Assembly (NCBI GenBank): GCA_009103225.1
Contig: RHPI01003009.1
Location: 148,091-212,090, forward strand
Direction of reading: 5' to 3'
DNA: 64,000 nucleotides
Origin: Chlorokybus atmophyticus
Lineage: Eukaryota; Plantae; Mesostigma and Chlorokybus algae
The position numbers were made by a program, and so were the translations under genes. Of the stretch, positions 26,618-39,418 are shown in pieces. How positions within the stretch are numbered: position 1 is the first letter of the stretch; each line of letters opens with the position of its first letter. Below the pieces are notes generated by a model. It made no database searches and was not told the DNA's origin. It saw only the letters and a list, made by a program, of their open reading frames with translations.

Positions 26618-26895
26618 CAAACAACACCGTGTGTTGTGTTGCACATGTTTATGTCTATATTGTCGCTGCTGCATTGCCGCTGTCGGCATATTGTGCAGTG
26701 TTGGAATGCAGCACGCGCACATGCACAAACTACAGTATGCATAGTTAATGACTGCGACATGCATATGTTGTCTGTTCCCGATGCATCTCACACCAACCAA
26801 TGATCTGGGTTGAAGGCAATGCTTTTGGGTAGCATCAGGTTGTCATGGCACTTGTGAGCATGTGATGGCATGCAAGCGTGTTGCACTTGTGTGTG

Positions 26896-28688
26896 TCACG
26901 CAAACCACAGGGTGGCTTCGGTGGGATCGATAACAGCAAGGGCGTTCAAACGGACGACTCTATTGTCCAAGATGTGTCCCACTGGCAGCTTATGCAACAC
27001 TGGCAGGTGAGGAGGCACTTTCATGTGCCGCAGCCAAAACTCTGCAGCTTCAAACTGCTGGTCCGCATCGCTGTCGTTGCCGCCATCATTTGCCTGCGTG
27101 AAGGCCCCGAGCACGAGCCCCGCGAGATTCTCCCACAGCTTCCCCCCGCACGACTGCACCAGCTGAGTCACCATCCTATCCACCTTGTACCACGGCTCGT
27201 TCACTGGACGCCAACAGTGCCAGTGTGAGATTACGCCCTACACTGGCATGTACGCACATGCTCACGTTTATGTGCATGCGCATTGTGTGAGACAGGATGC
27301 GCGCGTGCGCGTGCATGTGCATGCTGTTGATGTGTACGCGTGTGGACACATTTGAATTAGCACGCGCTACAAGCGTACCATCTTCAAGCAGCAGAATTGC
27401 ACCGTCATAGTCTGGAGCCCAGGGTGTGCCACACATAGACGCAAGCAGCGTCAGGTTACCCCCGACAACCCTCCCGCAAGCAACGCCTTGGCCGGCCTGC
27501 AGGCACTCTCCGAGCAGAGGACTGCAATGAACATCAGAGCTCAGCAGCGCAGTTCTCAGAGAAGCTTTGCTTTCAACTGTCCCATTGATGAACAGCCTTG
27601 TTGCCGGCATCGGCGAGTGGAATGTTGTACATGAGGGGTCTGTTCGGTGCATCCAACAGTGCAGCGCCGTCGCATCGGAGAAACCCAAAAACCGCACGCG
27701 CGAGAAGAGGTGTTGCTGCGTGTCGTGTTGTTGGGTTTGCTTGACAATGGAGTCCAGAGCTTCAAGCACACGCGCTGCCCCGTAGCCACCCTATCAGTCA
27801 CACAACTCCAGTCAGTGTCACATTATCAACAGACACGCACACGCATGTGCACGGGCACACCCACCCACACACGCAGACATGCAGGCATAGATGCATGTGC
27901 ATGTGCAGCGCATACCTTTGCACAGAGGACGTTGATGTAGTCAGCACTGTCTTCCGGCGGCGTGAGGAGTGCCTTTCCCAGTGCAGAGGCTCGCTCGGCG
28001 TCGTCTCCAGCCAAGTAGGGGCAGTGAGCGCACTCGGCACTGCACTGTGGGTCCACCCGCACCTTCAGGCCAGGCCTGCACAGCGTTGAATGCATATGCT
28101 TGCTTTGCAAGTACAATGATGTGAAGCGGAAGTTTGAGAAGGGTCTGCACTGGCATTGCAATGAATGAACACGAAGAAAAAAATGGCCAGATGATAGAAT
28201 GAATGTGGATGCATTCATGCATGAATGCTTGAGGGCTGAATGCCTGCAGGAAGGGCTGCAGCCAACATTGAAGTCTCGATTAGTAGTAATACATTGCATG
28301 AGGAGTCACTGCTTGAATCAGGAATAAATGTGGTTGAGAAGACGAGTGAACAAAGAAAGTATAATTGAATGCACTGAGTGTAAGAGTGAAGGTATAAAAG
28401 GCATGCCCTGAATGACTGCCTGACACACGCGTGCATTGCAACAGATTGATTACAAGCCACTTGCGGAGTCTATTCAGCATGTAGCATGATTGACGCCAGC
28501 GCAGGATGGCTATACCACGACGCCAGCGTGGCGCATCCTTCCTGCAGCAGCTGGGCGCTGACGGCGCCGGAGGGGGCCACCACGCGCACTTCTATGTCGA
28601 AGTCCCCGTTGTCGCTGTGGTGCACAACCACGTCGTCGCCCACATTGACATGGGTAGCGACGCGCATGCCGCCGCCGCCGCCGATCAT
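26896..28688 (-). CDS. ldcA: Peptidase S66 family protein (LD-carboxypeptidase / MccF-like), 4 exons
   Basis: RVVAPSG, YLAGDDAERA, CAK|GGYGAARVL, FLGFSDATAL (nucleophile Ser), GGNLTLL, ILLLED (Glu), EPWYKVDRMVTQL, LPVGH (His). The full Ser-Glu-His triad is present and the introns are canonical GT-AG. Confidence 0.9.
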
Positions 28689-29372
28689 CCGTTGTCCCAA
28701 GCTCGTTGTTGTCACTGCCGGTGTACTCTACCGGGCGCCGGTACTGGACAAGTCCGCGACGGCGGTACTGGACAAGTCCGCGGAGCTGGTGACCGGTCGT
28801 GGCCTGCACGCGGCTCGGACAACGGCGACCTCGGAGACCTACATGCGTGTGATGGAAGATCCGCCGTAGATGTTGTAGTTCACTTTGCTAACTTCCTGAT
28901 CAGATAGGCAGTGGGAGGTGTATATGACATAGCGCGACACTGCCTGTGTGGCCCTCCTTGTAATATACGTTTATGTGTGTCACTGCCGGTGTACTCTACC
29001 GGGCGCCGGTCAGGCAATGCCGGCGGCGGAGGCGGCGGCCGATGAGGATGTAATGGCAGGTACGTTGGTTGACACGCTCACGAGAGACAACAGCAAGCCG
29101 TTGGCATACACGCTTCAGGCCTGTGGATGATGAGGTATTCTGTGAGACAATTGGTGCTAGATGTCTAGCCAAGTCCCCTCTGATGCCACGTAGCATGCAA
29201 GTGCAGTTGTGTTCTACGACTGCGAATAGGGTGTCATTAGTTACAGCTTGCCGCTTGTAGTAACTTGGTTGTTTGTGCAAGTTGTGGCTGTACCGACTGT
29301 TGCTGTGTGCAGTTGTACACGCGGACAAGTATACACACGCGTGCGCGCGCACTCACATGCACGCGCGGGGTC

Positions 29373-29654
29373 GGTTGACGTGTGGGAATGGCGGCAGAGC
29401 ACGCAGCACATCATCGCACTCGTTTTGCCATTCATTCCTTGCTTGCTGCGCGCCACTACCGCTTCTCACCCTTGCCCAATGCATGTGCTTCATAGCTTAA
29501 GTCGTTGGCTCCTGCTGCTCGACACTTGCATTGCATTGCACATAAGGCACGTAGTGTGGTGTAGGATAGGTGGTGAAGGCCCCGGGTGTAATAACTGTTT
29601 TGGTGGTGGTTTGTTCTTATGTGCGGACTATTTGCAAATGAGCATGTTTGTGGG
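29373..29654 (+). repeat. Dispersed repeat, copy A (about 280 bp; homologous to 60781-61060)
   Basis: Shared collinear blocks ggttgacgtgtggg..ggcggcaga, gcacata(a/g)ggcac, gaaggccc(c/t)gggtgtaata, tgagcatgt. Confidence 0.7.
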
Positions 29655-30389
29655 ATGACTACGATGCATACCCGATGCATAGACAGTGCACAGGCGCGAT
29701 GCAAAGCAACCTGAGCTCCTGAACGTGTGTTGCCTGCAAGTGGGCTGACATGCCAAACGCGTATAACCAGACGCATGCGTGCTACACCAATATACCTGCG
29801 CATGCAGTTGTGGAGACACGTGTATGGCCCTGTGGGCAGGTAACATTATGACTGTGACATTCCTTGGGGGTCATGCATGTTAGGATAGACACAAGGCAGA
29901 CGTAGCATGTAGCCTGGCGGTGATAAATGGTGTTGATGGTTGCATGCTGTGATTGTGACCAATGACGGCGAAGTACCATGTCATGCACAAACATGAGACA
30001 ACGAACTGCCTACGCAACGCCATGCTAGCATGCGTGCTGCTTGCCCAGTACACACCCTACGCGGTGCATGCAGACAAGCAGGGGTACACTTGGCAACCTA
30101 CCAAGCGCGCCTCAGCTCACAAGCGCAGGCGAATGTGCACTCTGGCGGTAGTAGCCATCTACTTCATAAGCTGCGCATTGCAGATGTGCAGGCTTGTGTT
30201 GCAAGCAACACAAGTGGTATCCCTTCACTCAGCACAGATCACAACAACTACTACTCCAGTGCAATGCCGCTCTGCACACTAGCCTGCTGCTTACAAACAA
30301 GTAACCAAAACTGTCAGGTGTGATACAGTGCATCAAGGCATAATTATGAACAGCATGTACAATAATATGTACACTGGCAACGCAGCCAG

Positions 30390-33300
30390 CTAAGCTGCGT
30401 ACGTCTTCAACTCACGCAGCGCTTTGCTGCACAGCGAAGGCAAACCAGATGCGACCTTCTTGACAACCGCATGCAAGTCCTCTGTATCGGGCACAGCTTC
30501 CACCCGTCGTCTGGAGTATATCTGAAGGAAGCGCTCCAATGCAGGTATGGCTGCAGAGTAAGTGGCCAGCGCAGGATGCACGCGCATGTGCTTCAGCACA
30601 AGCGCACCCGCAATTGCATACTGCTGCGCCATGACAAGGGAAGCTATAAATATCGGGAGAGCCACTGCTGCCAAGGCTCGATGAGACTGGCTTTCCCGCC
30701 CTCGTCGTGTGGACATGGCCTCTGCAACGTCATACAGCACCCACAGGAACTCATTTGCAATAAGGGAGTTTGCAGCAATCCTTGGTATAATGGTTGAGTT
30801 GAGAGCGAGTGCAAGAAACTGTTCGTCCACTGCACTGCAAAGTTCTTCAACTGTGGCAGGCTTGTTGGCTGTGATGGCTTGCACAAGCTCGTCTGCAGCA
30901 AGCTTCTGAGCGGTAGCCTGGTTCTGTGCCAGGCCAAGCTTGAACGATTGTGCCATACCAGCCTGTACAATCAGCAATCAGCGTGGTTGCTGACGAGAGA
31001 GAACACAGCATGCCATAGCTGACGGAGCACGTTCACACGACCGCATGCAGTGTGGGACTTGCCTTCTGCAGCACGAGCTTCAACAAGGAGTCAACTTCCC
31101 CTGGAGTTAGACAGGGCAGCTTGGCAGAAGCAGAGACCACAAGGCTCACAGTGCGCTTCAGCTCTCCACGCTTGGCAAGCTCCTCGAAAAGCTGGTGCCA
31201 GCTTGTATGCAAAGGTGACGTGTTCCCAGGGGCAGCGCCCGGGAGATGATCGTTCCACAACTCCAGCAGCGAAACAACGGCATCCAACTGTTCGTGGCTC
31301 AGGTCTCCCTTCCACAACTGGTAAAATAGCACTGTCGCAGTGTCCACATTGATCAAAGAAGGTACCTGAACGCCTGACCAAATTGCTGCAACGATAGCAG
31401 CTGTCCGAAACTGCAGTAGAGAATCACCGCTCTTCTCAACTTCCTGTGGAGGTGTCCAACCAGCCCAATGCGCTGCATTGTTCTTTGAAGCTGTGCCCAG
31501 CGCCTTTAACGTCTCCAACAACTTGATGCGAACCTGGACCTGGGTGCTGAGTGAATCATCCTGTGCGATGGTGCGAATCTGCTGGTACACTTGCATGCGG
31601 ACTGCATCTATGCCTGCTGCTGTAGTACTCAGAGACTGCACAATCGCTACAACAGCATTGACACTGTTGTCAGGCGGCCTCAGGGTATCAGCCAACACCA
31701 GCCGATACAACTCGTGAAGCATGGGGAGGCGGTCTTCCTTGGTGCTCTGTGCATTAAACCCTTGCACTACCTGGGCAAGCAGCCCGTAAGGACAACCATC
31801 AGCAAGAACCTGCTGTAGAGCTGCCTGCACGGAGGCAATAGACCCATCACATGCGTCCAGCTTGTCAAGGTACTTCTGATGGCGTGTGCTCTGATCAGCA
31901 CTCTGGATGGTAGACAGAAGACGTGCTCGCTGCCGCAGAGCAGATAACGTGGGCTCTACGGCAGAATCCGGGGTGCTGCTGGCAGCAGCAACCAATGCAT
32001 CAGTGACCACACTGGTGCGCAGTGAGCGTGGTAAGCGAGCGCTGCTGGTGAGATGTAATCGGGGTTCCTCGGCAACAATGCGAGCAATAGCCACCGCATC
32101 TGCAGCAGACAGCTGGCGAACATGCGGACTGCAAAGTCCGTACATACTTTCAACGCGATCCAGGCTCTGAAGTGCTGGCGTCATCACCACCTCAACTAGT
32201 ATGCGCCGTACATTGCTCTGCGACAGGTGGATGCCAGGAAGCTGCTCAGCTAAAACTGCAAGTGCGTCTACGTTGCTCAGTGTAATGTTTGCGCGCAGCT
32301 CCCCCTCAAAGCCTGGGTCTGCCTTCAATGGAAGGCAGACAGCTTCATCAGCTGCAAACAACGCCTTCAGGTTGAAGGCTGGTGCAATGGAAGACAAGGA
32401 GGCCACAGCTGCTGAGCACTGTTGCAAGTGTGCCTTCACCGCTTGTGCATCAGCATCAAAGTTGTAAGTCTCCAGCAGCAACTGGAGATACAGCGCCAGG
32501 CGGTCTTTGTCGGAGCCGCTCAAGGCAGGGTACACCTGTTCCTTCATGGCTGTCCGCATGGACGCAGGTTGCTGATGCAGCACTTCCTTATGAGACAGCA
32601 GCGCAGCCTGGACATCTGCAACAGACTGCCCAGACTGCATAAAGGCCACCAGGGCACTCGTGTACACCTGTAAGTGGTATCGGAGTTAGCCACTACACAA
32701 ATGTTTGACTTGACTGCTTCATTGCACGAGCAAGCACAAATGTATGCATGCCGGTGACAGCGACTCTGCAACTCACCTCTTGCCGGTCAATGCCATATCG
32801 CACCGCCAGCTGCAACACATTGTTAAGGGCTTGTTGCGCTCCCAGTCCGCTGGAGTTTGCGTCACTGAGGCCAGCCACCATGGACATGATGATGCTGCGG
32901 CGGTACTCCACATCACCAGAGGCGAAGCGGTTGACGTCGACAGCTGTTGAGGACTGCATCATCAGTGCGTCCTTGGATGCACTCAGTCGCGCTTCATACT
33001 GCCGAGCACGCCGTACTGCTGCAATGACGGATGCCACCTGGGAGTGCTCCAAGGATTCGAGCAGTGCTGCAGTGGATGTGCAGAAAGCACTTGTAGACAC
33101 CTGTGGTGTGTTGCTGTTGGCGTTAGCGGCTAAGTATGTGAAGTATGCAACTGCGGCTTCCAGTCCTAGACGAGTGAGTTCAGAATTCTTCAAGACGCCT
33201 TCGAAGACCCTATCGGCAATGCCCTCGTCCTTGACTGACAGCAGATAGGCAACAGCGCACTGCCATTCATGACTGCATGCGGCTGTGTGTGCAAGGTTGC

Positions 33301-36300
33301 CAACAATTTCCACGTTGAGGGGCACCAAACCAGAAGCTAGCACATGTAGCAAAAACTCGCGCTCAGCGCGTGCGGTCATGGGCATCTGGGAGATCAACGG
33401 TCCCCAATTCTGAATGACAACGAGGGTCTCCACTGGGAGGTGCTCCCATTGCTCTGAGGTCCACTGACTGCACGAGGGACTCATTTGGCACAACAGCTGA
33501 CGGGCATCTGCCCCAACCTCCTCCATTGCTGCAAGCGGCATTGGTATGGTGTCCACAAACTCCTGCGCTGTTGTGTGCTTCTCAAGTGTCTGCCATACTT
33601 GTAGGAGGGAATCCATGCTTACAGCGTCACTGCAGTGCGTGCATGCAAACGCAGCCATCTCCACCCGTGCATCCATGTCAGTAATCCTTTTGTCTTGTGC
33701 AAGCTTTGAACACAGCTCCCACACTGGGGCGTAACCTTGCCTCACCAGCCCAAGGCAGAGATCCCTGGCCACCCAGGGATCATCACGCTGCAGTGCCACC
33801 TGTGCTATCAGATTTTGTGTTCGCACTCTGTCATCCAGAGAGGTCAGCCCCAGGCGCTTGGACAACTCCATCAATGCTGGCAGCTCTTCGTGTGCGTTAG
33901 GCCTGGCTTCCAGCGCCATCTGCACAACTGCCATCCTATCTGGGATGCCTCTCAATTGTGATGGAGTCAATGTGACCCCCAGAGATGGCAGTTGCTGCAG
34001 AGCCTCGAGAAGATTGCGCTCTGCTATGGCAGCAGGGCTGGCTGGCAGTATGGCTAAGCACTGCTTGGCTTTCTCGAAGGCGGGATCGTCAGTGCTGTGG
34101 GCCGAACTGATGAAGTCTCTGGCTGCTGTCAACACCAACTGCTCTGCACGAGCTGCTGGCAAGCGTGCTGATGCAGTCCCTTGCAGGTACCTCTTGGCAA
34201 CTTCAGTTGCCCCAGCCCGCAAGACCGCACGGCAGAACTCTATCAGGCAGTAGTCGGCATCCACGAAAGCAAATGCATGCTCTTGCAAAGTCTTCAAATC
34301 CCTCCATACTGTGACCCACTCAGCGTCTGTCAATGGAGGCTTACGCTGCGAACAAAGTAGTAGCATACGCCGCAACAGTTGCCTCACAGCTGTAGCATCG
34401 CTGCTACAGTCGAGGAAAAACGCCATTGCCTGTGCCAAGCCATACTGTGCAAGCAACCTGCCTGCTTCCACATGACTTTGCGCAACAAACACGCGCTGCC
34501 GGACATCTGGTGAATTGGGGCCTTGTCCAGGTGTGCCATCCAACTTCGGCAACCTGGCCATCATTGACTGCATCACCGCCCATTCCTGCAACATTATTGC
34601 AGTGTATGAGACATGCTGGCCATTGCAAATGGATGAGGAATTTTTGACCTTTCAGGGCCAACAGTGCTTACCTGGGTATTCTCGCAGTAGTACAAGCAGT
34701 CCAAAGCCACCTCTACCGACTCTCTTGGGTCTGGCATTATATTGGAGCGATCAGCGGGCTCAGTCGAGGTAAATATGGATGCAGCGAGCTGAATAGACTG
34801 TTTAGACCTGTCTGAGAGATACTGCCTCAACCAATCAACATGACGTCCACCATGCTTGCGAGCGAATGGTATTGCAGACTGAGTCACAAGCTCAAGCACA
34901 TTGTCTGCAGTAGCTCCCTCCAGATGCAGGGCAAAGCGGTCATATCCGCTCAACATCCGGTACTCTGCTAATGTTACGTGCAACCCTCTACCGGCATAAA
35001 CCAGCTCCGTCAGCTCAGCAACATCAGAACGCAGTGGCTGAAGCCCTTGAAACCCCCGCCTAACACCTAAGTCTAGCAACGTCAAACTGTGCTCAAGCTG
35101 ACCAGAGAGTGCATCAATGTCCAGCGCCCGCTGTATGTACCACTGCTCTGCAACGGCAGAAGGTGTCACCGGCTGCTTGCGTGTCAGGCGAAGCACCTCC
35201 TCTGTAAACAGTTCTGGGTGTTTCTTGTAGAGCTGATCAGCTTCCTCCCCCGTCAAGTGCAGCAGCTCACAAGTCTGTGTGCGCTCAACCCAATCAAGTC
35301 GGCGCACAGGTGGAGGTGAGTGGGGTTGCTCTTCTGGTAGCAGCGTAGCATATGCAAATGGTGAAGTGCTCTCTGGGATGCTTGATAGTATTGCAAGAAT
35401 GCTACCGGATAGTGCCATAGGAAACCGCTGCCACATTACTTCCACTGCATGGAAGTCGCAGTTCGCGGCTAATAATAATGCATACTCGACCAGTGGCACA
35501 CCTCTAAATGCCGCATACTCCACATCAACATATCGCCCCCTTGTTATAGCCACAAAGGCGTCGAGTCGATCACGGTACTGAAGCAGCTGCAGGCGCTGCA
35601 TGATGAAATAGCGATAATCATCATGCAAGGACGCTGGCTGCTGGCCATGCAAGTAGCGGTAAGCTTCGGTTTCAAATAGACCGTACTGCAGCAACTGGAG
35701 TTGACTTTCGGCGGAGCCTGCTATCCTTTGAATGCACTCCCGCACGACCCAGCGCTTGTCATCAATCTTCGGCAAATTATCTGTGCAGCCGGTGGCATAC
35801 ATTCAGTGCAAGCACGGATACTGTTAGCTGCACAATTGTGCATGCTGACTGCTGCAAACAGTTCTTTGCAGCAGTCAGCATACACAAAAGCTGCTTGGTA
35901 TGTGCAGAGTACCTGCTATGCTGCTTTTGCTAATAGCAGCAGCCCGCCAACGTGCCTTGTAAACAACCGCACTGTCCAAGTTGTGGGCGAGTGCAAGTTG
36001 CAAGGCAGCATCGTACTCTCCGGCAGATATGCGGTCATGCAGCAACTCCTCAGGTGTCCGCTTTACCAAGGAAACAATGCTCAAGGGTGCAGCTGCTTGC
36101 CGGGTGGCAGCTCTGCCACGAAGCCTATCCCAGACCTAATTTCAATGTGCCATGCTTCAATCGCTAAGATGAGCAGTAATGCACAAGCAGGGCATGAGGC
36201 ACATATTTTGCAAACCTGACTGAGACGCCCCCATGCAAAACTAGTTTCAGCAGCGGTTTGGTCGTTAGGAAGAGGACCTGCAGTTGTTGCGGCCATACCT

Positions 36301-36323
36301 GGACCGCCCGGGTCGGCGGCCAT
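30390..36323 (-). CDS. NBAS: NBAS / MIP2 / Sec39-domain protein of the Dsl1(NRZ) tethering complex, lacking the N-terminal beta-propeller region
   Basis: LSIVSLVKRTPEELL..GEYDAALQLA..HNLD..VYKARW, KRWVVRECIQR, LLQYRDRLDAF, ILAILSSIPESTSPFAYATLLP, WYIQRALDIDALSGQLEHSL, W..L.TLQEHAF, FCRAVLRAG. Large exons; stop at 30390. Confidence 0.9.
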
Positions 36324-36360
36324 GCCGCCGGCCCCGCCAAGCCACACCCAGCAGGGATTT

Positions 36361-36369
36361 AAACCCTAA
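36361..36369 (+). promoter_or_regulatory. Telo-box (AAACCCTAA) in the divergent NBAS/eIF2-beta promoter
   Basis: Exact motif in a 445-bp head-to-head region. Telo-boxes are typical of plant translation-machinery genes. Confidence 0.6.
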
Positions 36370-36767
36370 GCCTAATGCTGAATCATGAGAGTGAATCAGG
36401 ATGTTGGTTCACTCTTTGATTCAACATGTGTGAGCGGAAGCCGTGAGTGCTTTCTCGACGCGACTGTTCCTATACGGCCCGAAGCGCTGCAGGCGAATGC
36501 CATGAGCAGATGTGCTTGCTCAAGAGTGACCAGCGCCGGTAAGACCTGCCGCTGGTTCATAGAGCAATCCCAGCGGGCCTTACTGGGCCGCTGTGGCTGG
36601 CGGGGTGGTTGGCGGCGGCGGCGGAGGCAGCGGCGCAGGCGTGGTCGTGGCTGTCACTGGGACGCTTTGTGTGTGGTGTTGCGCCGGAGTTGAGTTGCAA
36701 GGCATTGGAGCTTGACGTTTTTTGGAGGGGTGTTAGCAGAGTGGCAGCTTGAAGAGTGAGGGCAAGC

Positions 36768-38244
36768 ATGGCTGAGGAGGAAAATGATAACGATGTCGTA
36801 GCAGAGTTGGCCGATCTTTCGCTGCCTTCTAAGAAAAAGAAGAAGAAGAAGAAGCCGGTTGATTTTGAGGCGACGGACGATGTGGAGGTTGCTCCAGCAG
36901 GTATTTGGGTTTGACAGCCAGCGCAGTAAGCTTGCATGTGCCCTTCGGCGTTGGCTTTGTCGTGATGTCATCGGCATATGGCTGCACGTCAATGCGAGCT
37001 TTTTGCCTGCAGGCCAAGAGGAAGAACCAGCAGTAGTCGCAGCAGATGATGATGATGATGACAAAGAGGTTGCAGAATTAGCGGATCTTGCTTTTCCGTC
37101 AAAGAAGAAAAAGAAGAAGAAGAAGCGGACTGATATGGAGCTCGCAGAGGAAGCGGACGGTGCACCTGAAGGTGCGTTTTGCGTGTGCATGTATTGTGTG
37201 GAGTAACAATTGGAGGTATGGCCTTGCATACATTATTGCGCATGACCATGGGACCACAGGCCAGGACGACGAGGAGGTTGAGGATAACGCTGCCGAAGAT
37301 GAGCCCACTGGCACTGGGTTGCCTTGGGACAGCTCCGATCGTGATTATCACTATGAAGAGGTATGCTCCGTGGGTATTCATAGGCGCCATGCAGACGCTT
37401 ATGCTGTATACAGTTAGTCGCTGACATGTAGATTTGCACGTGCACCAGCTTCTAGACCGTGTCTTTGGCATTCTGCGGGAGAATAACCCAGAACTTGCCG
37501 GTGAGAAGCGGCGCACAATTATGAAACCACCTCAAGTTCTCCGTGAAGGAACGAAGAAGACAGTGTTCGTCAACTTTATGGAGCTATGCAAGACGTAAGT
37601 ATTGCTCAGGCAGTTGATGGTGTTGTGGTGCAATGGATGATGACTGCACTGAAAGCTGTTGGATATTGCTTGCCTGACGTTGACGTTTGTGCTGCAGTAT
37701 GCATCGCCAACCCGATCATGTGATGGCGTTTTTGCTTGCTGAGCTGGGTACATCAGGCTCCTTGGATGGTCAACAAAGGTTGATTGTAAAGGGACGTTTT
37801 TTGCCAAAGGTCTTTGAGGGCATTCTTCGAAGATATGTCAGTAAGTACTCATGTGCCTGTTGGCGGAAGGTTTGCACTTGGTTCCCAAGGGCGGACATGT
37901 TGCCTGCATGCGCAGATATTGCACTGCATGCAGCACCGCAGTGGCTTATTGTTCTCAGCTGCTCTGACATTCGGTCTCTGCAGATGAGTATGTCATGTGC
38001 AATGGGTGCAAGTCTCCAGACACAATTCTGTCCAAGGAGAACAGGCTGTTCTTTTTGCGTTGCGAGCAGGTAATTTGTGTTGTTCCAGTTCTGTTGAACG
38101 CGTCTTATTTCCCTTGTACGTTGATTTGTAGTTGCACCTGGCTGACTGTGACTTGTGCATCAGTGTGGTTGCTCGCGGTCAGTGGCGCCTATCAAGGCCG
38201 GTTTCGTCGCACGCGTGGGACGGCGAAAGGCAACACCTGGTTAA
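36768..38244 (+). CDS. EIF2S2: Eukaryotic translation initiation factor 2 subunit beta
   Basis: Two poly-Lys boxes (SKKKKKKKK), [53 protein letters not shown], zinc finger [31 protein letters not shown]. Confidence 0.97.
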
Positions 38245-39418
38245 TGCAGTTCCAACCATGGTACACATGATGCGTGTCGTGCGTTTTGTTCAGTGCAAGA
38301 TGGTACTCCGACGACTTTTGTCAACAGCACAACTAGTTTACTGTCGTATTGGACTGTCTGTGTCGTAGTCATAGCAACAGCAGCTTGGCCTGTTACGCAT
38401 ACCTGTAGCGTGCGTAGCACAAGAGACCAGCAGATGCCGAGGTCTGGCTTTGCGATGTTACAAATGCCACTATCAAGCAGCTCTTGCTGACTTCCTCAGC
38501 AGTTGGTTCAGCAGTTGGTACATTGTATGCATTGTCTGGGATTGCATGCACAGTTTTGTTCCGGGTGCTCCATTTGTACATGCTCGCACGAGTGATGTCG
38601 ACATTCCCACTCTGCCGATGTGCATGCCATTGCTACATGCATGCATGACTGATGGGGTAGGGTGGTAGTGGTTTTCTCAATATATGTAGGTAACAGACAT
38701 GGTGGCGAGTGCTTGGTAATTGATGGACATGCTCAACCCATTGCGAGCATGCATTGCAAGTTTGCAAATGTGTCTTAGCAAACTGTACATCATTAGCATC
38801 ACATGCACGCATAGCGAAGCTAGCTACCTAGGTTGTTTAGGCAGCCCGGTGGTGAAATAAGTTGCTGCCATCTTGGATTGTGCTTGTGCTGTGTATGTCA
38901 CATGGGCCGTGCAATGGTGAGTCACATGCTCAGCATTGCATATATTCCACACACCATGACATCGAATTTACTACTGATAGGTCCGTGTGCCTCTCGAAGT
39001 TTGCAAAACCTGAGTATGCATAGCCCCCAACAATGAGAAGTCGCCTTAACCTGCGCACATGGCAAATAATTGCGCAGTATGCGACAGTAGGAAGAAACTC
39101 ATACTCATTGTGCGCATGACCTTAGACAATCGGTGACTACCGAACGGCTGCATTGAATAGCATGCACGTCAAACATTGTTAACTCAGTTGGTTGTCGTGC
39201 CTTGGCTCATCGTGGCTCAAACTCGTTGTAAACCACCTTGTCATGCATGTTCGCATGCTAATGTACACCATGAGACCATGTCATGCCGTCTCATGCATTG
39301 TCTCTCATCACATGGTAGACACATACAATAAAAGATGCGTGTCACCACCTCCAGCAGCTGAGCGCCAACGCCCTCATTCGCCTTCAGCTGACTCACACGC
39401 TCATTGCGTAGTCCTCGT

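Noticed and set aside
28580-28670. B3-domain-like reading of VNVGDDVVV..FDIEV
   Set aside because: It is in frame with and directly precedes VVAPSG, so it is the N-terminus of the S66 peptidase.
38800-39400. Expected 3' LTR of the DNMT-Gypsy
   Set aside because: No TG..CA bounded unit and no homology to the 43.3-44.4 kb region could be established by eye.
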